From assembly GCA_963799845.1 (NCBI GenBank), contig CAWCYI010000006.1, positions 864,001 to 928,000 of the forward strand: a DNA stretch of 64,000 bases, given 5' to 3'. Below the pieces are notes generated by a model, which saw only the letters and a program-made list of their open reading frames with translations, ran no database searches and was not told where the DNA came from. Both the position numbers and the translations under genes were made by a program. Positions 1 through 10,658 of this stretch are shown piece after piece. The DNA is from an uncultured Nitrososphaerota archaeon (GTDB taxonomy: Archaea; Thermoproteota; Nitrososphaeria; Nitrososphaerales; CADDZS01). Every line of letters begins with the position of its first letter. Position 1 is the stretch's first letter.

Positions 1-90
1 ATACTTCCGGGCAATCTCCCGCCCGATACCACTCCCGCCTCCGGTAATCACCGCTACTTTTCCGCTGAGAATTAGGTCACGTTCTGCCAT
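1..90 (-). CDS. Short-chain dehydrogenase/reductase, N-terminus only (runs off the window)
   Basis: Reverse complement reads MAERDLILSGKVAVITGGGSGIGREIARKY, containing the SDR TGxxxGIG NAD(P)-binding motif; divergent from gcvPA. Confidence 0.85.
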   Translation of the reverse strand, partial: MAERDLILSGKVAVITGGGSGIGREIARKY

Positions 91-149
91 TGTAGATTCA
101 CTGTCATAATCACATTTTTATGTTCTCGGCCGAGACAAAAACAGGCGCG

Positions 150-1526
150 ATGACAATTCACAGTTACATTCCTAACAGCGACCCAGAGATCAAGCGTGAA
201 ATGCTCGAATTCATTGGGGTCAGTGACATAGATGAGCTCTTTGACGTGATTCCTGACCGAATAAAGCCAAAAAAATCTTTGGCACTTCCACCTGCTCTCC
301 CAGAATCAGAGGTCAAGAGAAAAGTGGAGGCGTTGCTTGCGAGGAATGCATCATGCAACGAGCTGGTCAATTTTCGTGGGGCGGGTTGCTGGCAGCATTA
401 TGTTCCTGCGGTATGCGACGAAATTAATTCTCGTTCCGAGTTTTTGACCGGGTACACTGGCGAGCCTTATTCAGATCTCGGACGGTATCAATCCCTTTTC
501 GAATTTCAAAGTATGATGGCAGACCTTGTTGACATGGACGCGGTACTCTATCCGTTGTATGATTGGCCGACTTCTGCGGGTGACGCCCTTCGAATGGCTG
601 GCATGGTGACAGAGCGAAAGGAGATACTGGTTCCAAGAACGATAAGTCCCGAGAGGTTGAAAGTGATCAGAAATTACACGGGTGATTCCATCAGGATTGG
701 TTTTGTCGAACATGATACGAATGGTCTGCTGAATCTGAAAGACCTGAAGAATAAAATTTCCCCAGCGACGGCTGCCATCTATTTCGAGAATCCGACCTAT
801 CTTGGTTTCATAGAAACAAATGGTGATGAAATCGGTGAGATAGCTCACAACAATGGATCGTTGTTAGTTGTAGGCGTTGAGCCCCTGTCCCTGGGCATCT
901 TGACGCCTCCCGGAGAGTATGGAGCCGACATTGTTTGTGGTGAATGTCAGCCGCTCGGACTACACATGGGCTATGGAGGTGTCTCTCTGGGTTTCCTGGC
1001 TTGTAGGGATGACATCCGATTTCTATCATCCACAGGACATCGATTGATTACGATAGCTGAAACAGAACGGGCCGGAGAACGGGGATTTTCCTATCTGCTC
1101 CCCCACCGGTCGATGTTCGCTGAAAGGGAAAAAGCGGCATCAATCACCGGCACGACAACAGTAATCTGGGCGATCACGGCTGCCGTTTACCTATCATTAT
1201 TGGGTCCAATCGGCATTGCAGAACTCGCCACCGTCATCATGCAAAAAACCAATCATGCAATGAAACTCATTTCAGAGATCGAGGGTGTAGAGGCGCCGCT
1301 ATTCGAATCTCCTCACTTTGAAGAATTCACCGTGAATTTTGACGGAACAGGGAAAAGAGTGCGCGACATAAATCACTCTTTGCTCGACCGTGGAATAATT
1401 GGAGGCAAGGACATCTCCAGCGAGTTTCCAGGAATCGGAGAAACTGCGTTATTCTGCATTAATGAGCTTCATCGGAAAGAAGACATTGATAGACTAAAAC
1501 AAGAAATTGAGGAGGTTGTCTCATGA
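150..1526 (+). CDS. gcvPA: Glycine dehydrogenase (decarboxylating) subunit 1-like protein
   Basis: HSYIPNS start, FRGAGCWQHYVPA, RSEFLTGY, LFEFQSMM, YFENPTYLGFIE, PPGEYGADIV motifs. ATG at 150 preferred over 120. Confidence 0.9.
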   Translation: MTIHSYIPNSDPEIKREMLEFIGVSDIDELFDVIPDRIKPKKSLALPPALPESEVKRKVEALLARNASCNELVNFRGAGCWQHYVPAVCDEINSRSEFLTGYTGEPYSDLGRYQSLFEFQSMMADLVDMDAVLYPLYDWPTSAGDALRMAGMVTERKEILVPRTISPERLKVIRNYTGDSIRIGFVEHDTNGLLNLKDLKNKISPATAAIYFENPTYLGFIETNGDEIGEIAHNNGSLLVVGVEPLSLGILTPPGEYGADIVCGECQPLGLHMGYGGVSLGFLACRDDIRFLSSTGHRLITIAETERAGERGFSYLLPHRSMFAEREKAASITGTTTVIWAITAAVYLSLLGPIGIAELATVIMQKTNHAMKLISEIEGVEAPLFESPHFEEFTVNFDGTGKRVRDINHSLLDRGIIGGKDISSEFPGIGETALFCINELHRKEDIDRLKQEIEEVVS

Positions 1527-3079
1527 CTGAGACAGGTTATAGATCGGTTTCATGGCACGAACCCATTGTTTATGAGTTGAGTAAAAAGGGGCGGCGAGGA
1601 TTCATTCCTACAAAAGCGGAGGAGGAAGTGTTAGCAACTTCGGGTGATGTAATTTCACTATTACCAACTAAGATGCGCAGAAAGAATCTGCCTTCTCTAC
1701 CGGAAATGTCAGAACCGCAGGTGGTACGGCATTATATCCATCTATCGCAAGAGAATTTTGGGGTCGATTCGGGCATCAATGTTGGAGTCGGCACTTGCAC
1801 AATGAAGTACAATCCGTGGTTGGACGAGATATTATCACGAGGTCCAAAAATCGCCGATTTACATCCACTCCAAGACGAAAGTACAGTGCAGGGGATTCTG
1901 GAAGTAATGTATACGATGGGGCAATGGCTCTGCGACATTTCTGGAATGGAGGAATGCTCCCTGCAACCGAGGGCAGGGGCTAGCGCGATATTTACGAATG
2001 CTCTAATGATAAAGGCTCATCATAGATCGAATGGGGAGCTTGAGCAGCGTCGAGAAATCATAACCACAGTGCTTTCACATCCTTCCGATGGCGCAGCTCC
2101 AGCAATGGCAGGATTCAAGGTCATCTCTCTTCATCCGAACGCAGATACAGGTACCCTGAATGCGGAGGCGCTCAAAGCAGTTGTCTCGAAACACACTGCA
2201 GGATTAATCATGACTGATCCGTACGATACGGGCATATTCGATCCGGACATTGACGAGTACGTAAAAATTATCCATGATTCTGGAGGACTGGTGGCTATAG
2301 ACCAGGCTAACGCGAACTCGATTTTGGGCAAATTGAGGATAGGGGACACCGATGCGGACATGTGCCACTTCAATCTTCACAAATCCTTTGCCGTACCGCA
2401 TGCTTCTGGAGGTCCCGGTAGTGCGCCTGTTTGCGTCAAGAAAGAATTCTCAAAGTTTCTCCCAGTACCTATCGTGCGATTTGACGGTACAAAATATGAC
2501 CTTGACTACGAACGTCCCCAGAGCATAGGCAAAGTTGGTGGTTTTTTTGGGGTTGCGCCAAATGTGTTGCGAGCCTATGTTTGGATACTGAGCATGGGCA
2601 GTGAAGGCCTGAAGGAAGTGTCTGATGTTGCCGTGATTAACAACAATTATTTGATTAAGATACTCCAGAATGTGAAAGGGATCAGCCTCCCTTGGAGCAA
2701 AGCCCAACCGATTAGACTTCAAGAGGCGAGATTCAGTTTGGAAAATATGAAGAAAGAAACCGGTGTTGGCATCGACGATGTAAATCGAAGGATAGTAGAT
2801 TTTGGTGTTCAGAGATGCTTTACCAGTCATGAGCCCTGGCTTGTCCCCGAACCATTTACCCCTGAACCCGCTGAATCTGCGACGAAGGAGGACCTAGATA
2901 GATTTGCCGAGATTTTCAACGAGATTTCATATGAGGCATACACAAATCCAGAAGTGTTTACGCACTCACCGCATAACTGCGCAATCGGCAGGATCGATTC
3001 AACATATAGTACAGATCCGAAAAAATGGGCCACGACGTGGAGGGTCCATCTGAGAAAAAGATTGAAAAACGGAAATTAG
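1523..3079 (+). CDS. gcvPB: Glycine dehydrogenase (decarboxylating) subunit 2-like PLP enzyme
   Basis: GTCTMKYNP, HPLQ and the PLP-lysine motif HFNLHKSF..PH..GGPG; ATGA overlap with gcvPA. Confidence 0.9.
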   Translation: MTETGYRSVSWHEPIVYELSKKGRRGFIPTKAEEEVLATSGDVISLLPTKMRRKNLPSLPEMSEPQVVRHYIHLSQENFGVDSGINVGVGTCTMKYNPWLDEILSRGPKIADLHPLQDESTVQGILEVMYTMGQWLCDISGMEECSLQPRAGASAIFTNALMIKAHHRSNGELEQRREIITTVLSHPSDGAAPAMAGFKVISLHPNADTGTLNAEALKAVVSKHTAGLIMTDPYDTGIFDPDIDEYVKIIHDSGGLVAIDQANANSILGKLRIGDTDADMCHFNLHKSFAVPHASGGPGSAPVCVKKEFSKFLPVPIVRFDGTKYDLDYERPQSIGKVGGFFGVAPNVLRAYVWILSMGSEGLKEVSDVAVINNNYLIKILQNVKGISLPWSKAQPIRLQEARFSLENMKKETGVGIDDVNRRIVDFGVQRCFTSHEPWLVPEPFTPEPAESATKEDLDRFAEIFNEISYEAYTNPEVFTHSPHNCAIGRIDSTYSTDPKKWATTWRVHLRKRLKNGN

Positions 3080-3295
3080 AACTGATGGGAGCCAAAAAAG
3101 GGACTACGTTTTGGAAAGATCCTTTCTTCTATTTAGGTAATGGAACTACGGCAAAATTTGAATGAGCACTCCTGGTCCATTCCCAAATAATGATAGATTA
3201 ATAGGAGAGGATTTTACGGAACGACGACAAGAATTGATTCGCGATAAAGCTCCGAGATCAGACCAGCATTCAGAACTCCTTCTAAGAGGGTTTAG

Positions 3296-4522
3296 GTGAA
3301 ATATATGGAAGAACATCTCTTTTCAAAAGAAGCATACGAAAAACCTCTCAAGATTGGTGAGAAGCCGTCTGATGATCTTGCGTTAGACAACTATCTTACT
3401 TTCGCGTGCAGGCACAAGTTTTGTCGAGAAATATGTCCCGTTAATCAAGTCACTCGGAACGAATCCCATACGCCCTATGGATTCAATACCGCACTTCTCT
3501 CAGTTCATCAGGGAATGAGTGAATTCAAGGAGCTTGCAGATACTTTTACTCACTGTCTTCAGTGCGGGGCCTGTGAGGTCAGGTGCCCCAATACATTGTT
3601 CATGGCCGATTTTTACAAAACAGCCCTGACCACGGTCGAGCTTGTTAGAAAAGTTAGAAGCGATCTTGTAAGGGGAGGAGTTGGCTATCCCAATTCTACA
3701 CAAGTTCAAATGGAACTGGAAACGCACTTGGCTACTATCGAAAAATCCCAAGAGATGCTATCTTGGACAACTGGCTTGGATGTCCAGGTAGGTGGACAGA
3801 GCACCGCCGTTCTATACATAAGCAGGTTCACCGCTACGCAAGTAAGTGAAACTGCAAGGGCCGCGGCAAGGCTCCTGAAAGTAGCTGGAATTGACTTCGC
3901 TATTATGGAGAAGGTCAATGCCGGGATCGGCGAAGCTCTAGACGTTGCAAAGGAAGATATTTTTGTCGAACTAGCGCGCAGGGATATTGACGCATTACGT
4001 AAGATGGGAGCTGAAGTTGTAATTGTTGTCGACCCGCACGATTACTTCTTCTTCAAACGAGATTACGAAAGAATGCTGGGAAAACTTCCCTTCAGGGTCG
4101 TATTTGTTACCGATATTCTTTCGGAGCTAATCGAGGAAGGCAAGATCCTCCCAAAAAATTCAGTTCATAAGAAAATAACTTTCCACGATCCTTGCACGTT
4201 AAACAAGCTGACGAACCTCTGGGAATCGCCAAGAAAGATTCTTCGCGCAATCCCCGGAGTAGATTTTCTTGACGAAGATCACGTCGACCAATGGTACTAT
4301 TGCTGCGGAAACGGTGTATCTACCTTCAAGAAGGTGAAACCCGAGATTGCGGCCGAGATTGGACAGCGAAGATTGAGGAAGGCAAAGGATACTGGAGCTG
4401 AAAGCCTGGCATTGGCTTGTCCTCATTGCTGGGATCACTTCACAGAAGTAAAGTCGAGTTCGCGTCTCGATATCGAGTTACTAAATGTTGTTGACCTCCT
4501 AGCTCAATCTGTAGGTGTTTAA
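3296..4522 (+). CDS. Fe-S oxidoreductase (GlcF/GlpC-like, CCG domains)
   Basis: CxxxxCxxxCP and CLQCGACEVRCP ferredoxin motifs; TFHDPC, CCG and ACPHC motifs. Confidence 0.85.
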   Translation: MKYMEEHLFSKEAYEKPLKIGEKPSDDLALDNYLTFACRHKFCREICPVNQVTRNESHTPYGFNTALLSVHQGMSEFKELADTFTHCLQCGACEVRCPNTLFMADFYKTALTTVELVRKVRSDLVRGGVGYPNSTQVQMELETHLATIEKSQEMLSWTTGLDVQVGGQSTAVLYISRFTATQVSETARAAARLLKVAGIDFAIMEKVNAGIGEALDVAKEDIFVELARRDIDALRKMGAEVVIVVDPHDYFFFKRDYERMLGKLPFRVVFVTDILSELIEEGKILPKNSVHKKITFHDPCTLNKLTNLWESPRKILRAIPGVDFLDEDHVDQWYYCCGNGVSTFKKVKPEIAAEIGQRRLRKAKDTGAESLALACPHCWDHFTEVKSSSRLDIELLNVVDLLAQSVGV

Positions 4523-4718
4523 GATGCCAGAAGATTTCGTGGAACGCGACGGGCATTATGAAATAGACCAGGCTAGAATGAAAAAGGTCAGCAAGTCAGT
4601 CATCAAAGGCATGACTGAGGAAGAGGTCATGAAGATAACTGAAATGCGAAAGGAGTACATCAGATGGATGCACAATAATTTCGCAAAGAAGGTCTTGAAA
4701 CCTCCAAACGATCCTTAG
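4515..4718 (+). CDS. Small hypothetical protein within the operon
   Basis: 67-aa ORF overlapping the upstream stop, same strand, charged helical composition. Confidence 0.5.
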   Translation: MFKMPEDFVERDGHYEIDQARMKKVSKSVIKGMTEEEVMKITEMRKEYIRWMHNNFAKKVLKPPNDP

Positions 4719-4792
4719 ATAGAATTGTTGTTCGTAGCATTCAGATGCTCATTTCTGGTCTGGCAATATTCTCCTTTTCGTGTAATTGAATT

Positions 4793-5575
4793 ATGAAAAT
4801 CGCCTGTTTTGCAAAGTACGGCTTCGATCCGGCTAATCTGGTATTCAATAGCGCCAAGACTGCAGTAGATTTCGAACGATCGCCAAAGAAAATCAGTGAG
4901 GCTGATATCAACGGAGTTGAACAGGCCGTCAGAATAAAATCAACTTTGAAAGCGACTGTGAATATATTCACGCTTGGGCCCAACGAGGCCCTCAAATCGC
5001 TCAAAGAACTTGTAGCCATGGGTGCGGACAAAGCCTACTTGATTTCTGATCAATTGTTCTCAATTCAAGATTCATTTACAACTGCGACAATCTTGTGTGA
5101 AGCTCTTAGAAAATTTGGTCCGTATGATCTGATGCTCGCGGGTCATGCATCTGAGGATAGTTACTCTGGGTCTGTCGCCTTGATGGTAGCTGAGATGTTG
5201 GGGATACCCCACATCGCCTACGCTTCGAAGATTACTGTATCCCCGGATTCGATTGTCACCGAAAGGTCGATGGATGGAAGAATCGAAGTCGTGAAAGGAA
5301 CCTACCCAGTTCTCGTAACGGTGACTCGGGAACTGAATTCGCCGAGGTATGTCACGACGCTCCAATTGCTCCGGGTTTCCAGAGACTCTGTCATCATGCT
5401 AAAGTTGTCAGACGTCGTAACGACTCCCGAAAAGATTACACTCGAAGAGCTTCAACGTAGAGTCGCTATAGTACCATTAGTCACTAGTCGGAAGAACGTG
5501 GTTATCGACGGCTCAGACCCGGTATCCGCAAGCAAGAAGCTTATCTCATTTCTGAAACAAGAACAAGTGATATGA
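4793..5575 (+). CDS. etfB: Electron transfer flavoprotein beta subunit
   Basis: AMGADKA, DLMLAGHASED, LGIP and LNSPRY motifs; directly upstream of etfA. Confidence 0.9.
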   Translation: MKIACFAKYGFDPANLVFNSAKTAVDFERSPKKISEADINGVEQAVRIKSTLKATVNIFTLGPNEALKSLKELVAMGADKAYLISDQLFSIQDSFTTATILCEALRKFGPYDLMLAGHASEDSYSGSVALMVAEMLGIPHIAYASKITVSPDSIVTERSMDGRIEVVKGTYPVLVTVTRELNSPRYVTTLQLLRVSRDSVIMLKLSDVVTTPEKITLEELQRRVAIVPLVTSRKNVVIDGSDPVSASKKLISFLKQEQVI

Positions 5576-6510
5576 TGGAAAAATTATTACTATTTGCTGA
5601 AGATGACTTGCAGCTTTCTGACTTGCTTAACTTTGCAGAATCAGTTGGGGCGGATGCGGCGGATTATACGATCTTAAGTGAAGGCGGAATCGTTGATCAA
5701 AATGAGTCCACTTCGAACCAGATCCATCGCGCTGTTTTTTATGAGCCCGAAAATCTAGCAAAGGATCTATTCACCGTTGCGAAAGACAATCAATACGAAA
5801 TCATAGCGCTACCCGCTACAAAGCTTGGACGGGAAATTGCGCCGAGGCTTGCCATACTTCTTCATGCTGGATATGTCGAAGGCGTTGTCAACTTTGAAAG
5901 AGTTGGCCAGGATATTCTCTTTAGAAGACTAACCTTGGGAGGAACCTGTTTGGAGACGATTAATGTAAAGACCCAAACAAAGATAGTTACTCTCAAAATC
6001 GGGAGAGATTTGAATTTGCGAGCAACACAAATCAAGAAAAATGAAATAAGAATTTTCGATAATTCTAGAAAACATGCCAAAGAGGTAATAGAAGAACGAA
6101 CTCATCAAACTGTTGAAAATATCCAAAGCGCTGATCGGATAGTTGCAATTGGAAGAGGGATTAAGAAAAAAGAAGACATCAGTATGGTCGAAGAATTTGC
6201 AAGGGCATTGGATGCAAAGATTGGTGTCACTAGACCTCTCGTTGAGGACCATAACTGGTACCCGAAGGAGAATCAAATCGGTCTTTCCGGGAATTCCGTG
6301 AGACCTAGTTTGTACATAGGGCTTGGTATATCGGGACAAATCCAGCACATAGTTGGAATGAGGGAGTCGAAAGTTGTCGTTGCTATCAACAAAGACAAGT
6401 CTGCTCCGATTTTTGCATTTGCAGATTATTGTGTCGTCGGCGATTTGTACGCAATAGTTCCCGAAATGACGAAGCTATTGAAAGAAGAAAAATTCGGCAA
6501 AGCTGCTTGA
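5572..6510 (+). CDS. etfA: Electron transfer flavoprotein alpha subunit
   Basis: GRGI, QIGLSG, LYIGLGISGQIQHIVGM and AINKDKSAPIF FAD-binding motifs. Confidence 0.92.
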   Translation: MMEKLLLFAEDDLQLSDLLNFAESVGADAADYTILSEGGIVDQNESTSNQIHRAVFYEPENLAKDLFTVAKDNQYEIIALPATKLGREIAPRLAILLHAGYVEGVVNFERVGQDILFRRLTLGGTCLETINVKTQTKIVTLKIGRDLNLRATQIKKNEIRIFDNSRKHAKEVIEERTHQTVENIQSADRIVAIGRGIKKKEDISMVEEFARALDAKIGVTRPLVEDHNWYPKENQIGLSGNSVRPSLYIGLGISGQIQHIVGMRESKVVVAINKDKSAPIFAFADYCVVGDLYAIVPEMTKLLKEEKFGKAA

Positions 6511-6586
6511 TTGCTACCGAAGCAAAAGACTGGTTCATCAGATCTCTTCGCAAAAACTTTAAGCGCAAACGCATGTTCGAGTTAGC

Positions 6587-7648
6587 ATGGCCACACTCAC
6601 GTTTGAACAGATATCTCGGGTCTGTTCAAGCATATTGGAAGGATTTGGAACACCGCCATCTGAAGCAAAAATTGTGGGTGATCACTTGGCGCGAGCGAAT
6701 CTATTCGGACATGATTCCCATGGTCTCCAAAGCATAACCTACTACGCATTCCTCATCCGTAGTGGTCTGATGAAATCAGTAACAGAGTGGCGCGTGGTCC
6801 GAGACACCCCAAGTGTGGCCCTGATCGATGGAGGCGCGGGGCTTGGTCAGGTCGTATGCACAAATGCGACGAAGCTGGCGGTTATGAAAGCAAGAAATTC
6901 GGGCATTGGGTCAGTCGGTATATTCAACTGCGGTCACATAGGTCGTCTCGGCGAGTACACATCAATGATTGCAGACGAGAAGATGATTGGAATGGTTTTT
7001 GCAAACACCGATCCGACGATGGCGCCTTGGGGCGGAATGGGAAGGGTCCTTGGCACTAATCCAATGAGCTTTGCGTTTCCCGCCGGGGTAGAAAATCCTG
7101 TGATGGTGGATTTTGCATCCGCTGCAGTGGCTGAAGGAAAAATTAAGGCGGCTCTATACAAAGGGGAGTCAATTCCGCAGGGATGGATATTGGACAAGAA
7201 TGGAATGCCTACTACAAATCCCGCCGATTTGTACAGCCCACCACTTCCTCCTGATGGCCAGAATCTTGCCGGTACGCAACTCCCTGCGGCTGGGCACAAG
7301 GGATTTGGATTGGCGGTTGCCGTCGACATAATAGCGGGTGCTTTGACCGGATCAGGGTGTGGGTATGATGTCAAAGCCGGGAATGGAGTCTTCATTCAGG
7401 CAATCAACATAGAGTGCTTCGGATCGGTTGACAAATATGGAGAGCGAGTGGACAAGTTGATCAACGAAATCAAAACTTCTCCAAAAGCTCCTGGAGTTTC
7501 CGAAATACTGATGCCGGGAGAACCCGAGTCTAGAAGTGCTCAAAACCGCAAGAAACATGGAATCTCCATTTCCGAAAAGACTTGGGCAGATGTCGTGAAG
7601 TTAGGTAGGGAATTAGGAATAGATGTTGAAGATATTGTTGCGCGATAG
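6587..7648 (+). CDS. Ldh2-family (malate/L-lactate/ureidoglycolate dehydrogenase-like) oxidoreductase
   Basis: GHDSHG, HIGRLGEY, GTNP, DFAS and GHKGFGL motifs. Confidence 0.88.
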   Translation: MATLTFEQISRVCSSILEGFGTPPSEAKIVGDHLARANLFGHDSHGLQSITYYAFLIRSGLMKSVTEWRVVRDTPSVALIDGGAGLGQVVCTNATKLAVMKARNSGIGSVGIFNCGHIGRLGEYTSMIADEKMIGMVFANTDPTMAPWGGMGRVLGTNPMSFAFPAGVENPVMVDFASAAVAEGKIKAALYKGESIPQGWILDKNGMPTTNPADLYSPPLPPDGQNLAGTQLPAAGHKGFGLAVAVDIIAGALTGSGCGYDVKAGNGVFIQAINIECFGSVDKYGERVDKLINEIKTSPKAPGVSEILMPGEPESRSAQNRKKHGISISEKTWADVVKLGRELGIDVEDIVAR

Positions 7649-7726
7649 TATTTGAGATCCAAATTATTTTATATTTCACTCAATTGAAAACGAAACCAAT
7701 CTTTGTTTCCACGGAGTCAGTAAAAA

Positions 7727-8494
7727 ATGTCTAATGTACCACGTCGACTTGAAGGTAAATCTGCTCTTGTCACGGGATCTAGCTCGGGTATCGGAAGAGG
7801 AATAGCTATCCGATTTGCCAGGGAGGGTGCCAATGTCGCGATAAACTATTCAAAATCAAAGGAATCAGCTGACAATACTTTGAGTGAAGTCAAGGCAACG
7901 GGTGCGAAAGGTATTGCGATCAGAGCAGATGTTTCGAGAACCGAGCAGGTTGATAGGATGGTTTCTGAAACCATCCATGAATTCGGAAGACTAGATATTC
8001 TTGTAAATAACGCCGGAGTCTTCATCGAGAAATCTCTGGAAGAAACGACGGATGAAATTTGGGACACCATCCTCGGCGTGAATCTTAAGGGAGCTTTTCT
8101 TTGCGCAAGGCGATGCGTCCCAGAAATGGTAAAGCTCGGCAAAGGCAAGATAATCAACACCGCCTCTATGGACGGTCTCATTGCTGAGCCGAATATACCA
8201 GCTTACTGTTCATCCAAGGCTGGAATAATTGGGCTTACGACCTCTCTCGCGCTTGATCTTGCGAGCAAGAAGATCAATGTAAATGCGATTGCGCCCGGAC
8301 AGATTCAAACGCCAATGATAGCGGAATGGCTGAAAAATCCAGAGCTTGTCAAAGGTCTCACTTCGAAGACGCCGCTAGGTAGGCTTGGACAGCCAGAAGA
8401 TGTTGCGGCAACTGCAGCATTCCTTGCGGCGGATGAAAGTGATTTTATCACCGGTAACGTGATTCTCGTCGATGGCGGCTGGATTATTCAGTAA
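7727..8494 (+). CDS. Short-chain dehydrogenase/reductase (FabG-like)
   Basis: TGSSSGIG, NNAG, catalytic YCSSK and NAIAPG. Confidence 0.92.
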   Translation: MSNVPRRLEGKSALVTGSSSGIGRGIAIRFAREGANVAINYSKSKESADNTLSEVKATGAKGIAIRADVSRTEQVDRMVSETIHEFGRLDILVNNAGVFIEKSLEETTDEIWDTILGVNLKGAFLCARRCVPEMVKLGKGKIINTASMDGLIAEPNIPAYCSSKAGIIGLTTSLALDLASKKINVNAIAPGQIQTPMIAEWLKNPELVKGLTSKTPLGRLGQPEDVAATAAFLAADESDFITGNVILVDGGWIIQ

Positions 8495-8553
8495 TCAAGT
8501 CGTTACAGAATTTCTTCCAACCCTATTTCGACTTCACGGCTAATTAGATAATT

Positions 8554-10062
8554 TTGTCCACTTCACAAGAATTTCCGGAATCTCTCATAAAGAGCCTTAG
8601 CTCATTGCTTGGATCTAGGAACGTATTAACCGAGCCTCATCAACGAGCAATGCGATCGGTAACACCAGCTCCCTTTCCTCTTCACAGGTGGAAGGAACAC
8701 ATGCCGGATGTCGTCGTATTACCAGGAAGCACTGAAGATGTTTCGGAAATTTTGAAACTGGCAAATCAATTCAGGGTTCCTGTTGTTCCGAGAGCTGGGG
8801 GAACAGGACTAAATGATGGCGCCGTTCCGCTGAGAAAAGGGATTGTTGTCGACATCAAACGACTCGATCAGATTCTTGAAGTCGATGAAGACAACATGAC
8901 TGTCACGACTCAGACAGGAATCAACAACCAAGAACTCAGCAGGTCGCTCAAAAAATTTGATCTTTGGTGGCCCTTCGATCCGGCTTCCTTTCCAGTTTCG
9001 ATCATAGGAGGAAACATTGGGACTGGAGCATGGTCTCTGATTAGTGGCATATCTGGACACATTCCCGATCTGGTGTTGAGCATGACGTTTGTATTGCCGA
9101 CTGGCAAAATCGTCGAAATAGGTGAAGGTGGAGGGAGAAAAATAAGAAAATCCTCAACCGGTTACCGACTAAAAGACCTCTTTATTGGGCATCAGGGGAC
9201 TCTGGGGATTGCAACTGAGGCTACACTGGACGTATTCCCTCGGCCTGAAGCAGAGTTTTCTGCATTCTTCGGATTTGGAAGCTTCGAAGAAGGCTACGCG
9301 TGCCTGGGAAAAATGAGCAAATCATTTTTGCGGACGATGGCCGCCGTTGCATTGTTTGACGAAGACAAGCTAAATTTTCTTCGTCGCGATGATGAAGCGT
9401 ACATTACACTTTCCACCAAAATAAAATCGGTCATCGCAACGGCGTTTTACGGAACGGAGGGTGAAGTCAAGGCTTCATCCAAGAAGATCTTTGAAATCGC
9501 CAAACTAAACGGAGGCGAGTACCTTGGCGAGGAACTGTCCGAGGGGGACTGGGCGTCGAGACACGACAGGTACCATCTTGCCTTGCACGGAAGAGATTTG
9601 AAGGGCAATGTGATGCCGAGTACCTGGCATGATGAAGATGCTGCCATAATTTACACCGAACTTCCATCAGTGCGGACCGAATGGAAAAATGTTGTCAAGG
9701 AATACAACGACAAGTACGGAATATTCGATTATGGAGGGGCATTCTTTTACAACAATTCCCCGTTTCGTCCATGGGGCGACTATCTGGCGGAGATGGACAT
9801 TTTCATACCTGAAATGGAACTTGATGATGAAAAGTGGAATGCGTGGGTTGAGCTCACGAAGAAGATAAGTGAAATCAGCATAAACCACCAGGGGAGTATT
9901 TCAGCGGCCCACGGAGCGACGAGACCCGGGCAGGATGAAATGATCAAAATGGAACTTCAGAACGGGATGTACGATATAATGAAGATGATAAAAAAATCGA
10001 TCGATCCTAACAACATAATGAACCCTGGCAAGTTTGGTCTGGATTCGGCATACTCTGAATAG
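8554..10062 (+). CDS. FAD-binding oxidoreductase (GlcD / D-lactate dehydrogenase-like)
   Basis: PRAGGTG, DPAS..SIIGGN, GHQGTLGI.TE and C-terminal DPNNIMNPGK. Confidence 0.88.
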   Translation: MSTSQEFPESLIKSLSSLLGSRNVLTEPHQRAMRSVTPAPFPLHRWKEHMPDVVVLPGSTEDVSEILKLANQFRVPVVPRAGGTGLNDGAVPLRKGIVVDIKRLDQILEVDEDNMTVTTQTGINNQELSRSLKKFDLWWPFDPASFPVSIIGGNIGTGAWSLISGISGHIPDLVLSMTFVLPTGKIVEIGEGGGRKIRKSSTGYRLKDLFIGHQGTLGIATEATLDVFPRPEAEFSAFFGFGSFEEGYACLGKMSKSFLRTMAAVALFDEDKLNFLRRDDEAYITLSTKIKSVIATAFYGTEGEVKASSKKIFEIAKLNGGEYLGEELSEGDWASRHDRYHLALHGRDLKGNVMPSTWHDEDAAIIYTELPSVRTEWKNVVKEYNDKYGIFDYGGAFFYNNSPFRPWGDYLAEMDIFIPEMELDDEKWNAWVELTKKISEISINHQGSISAAHGATRPGQDEMIKMELQNGMYDIMKMIKKSIDPNNIMNPGKFGLDSAYSE

Positions 10063-10184
10063 TCTTGGATTTCAAAGACGAATGTTCCCAGTAGGTAACT
10101 AATTTTCTGCAACCTCTGTTTACTTTACAATCCGTATATCGGTATTATGATGGTTGTCCCTTCGTAAGGTTAGCTGAGCGATCT

Positions 10185-10490
10185 AGAACGAGGGAGAAAA
10201 GATGTACGGCAGGGGGACCCTGACATGAAGTTCGGTGTAGCCTCCGCTGCGGCAGCACTCAAAGTCGATCAAGGACTTTAGGGTTGAGCTCGAAGGAGAC
10301 CTGATATTTCCAGGAGTTGCTGATGAAGAATCCTTCGAGCCTGCTGGGACAAAGTATCTCCTCGAAAGAGGGATAAAGCTGACAATGCAATTGTCGCTGA
10401 ACCTACAGACCTTCAGATCAAACTTGCTCAGCGCGGATGCTCTGGCTAGAAGTAACAACAGAAGGAAGAGCTGCTCACGGCGGTAGACTG
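10185..10490 (+). pseudogene. Multiply frameshifted M20 metallopeptidase (ArgE/DapE-like) fragment
   Basis: Joining frames gives MYGRGT.DMKFG...FPGVADEE...GTKYLLERGIKADNAIVAEPTDLQIKLAQRG..WLEVTTEGRAAHGG. About four frameshifts; not in the ORF track on this strand. Confidence 0.75.
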
Positions 10491-10658
10491 GCAGCAGAGG
10501 TGGAGACTAGCGATCTGATAGTCTATTAGCGAGTGATGAGTTAATTCCATAGCGCGCGCGCGCTATGACAGGACTACCGCACAGCCCTTTATTGCAAAAG
10601 GCGTAGTTTAATACGCATTTACTCGGAAATCTGTCCAAATGCCTTCACTACATCATGA

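Noticed and set aside
10183-10458. Minus-strand 91-aa ORF
   Set aside because: It is antisense to a recognisable M20 peptidase pseudogene.
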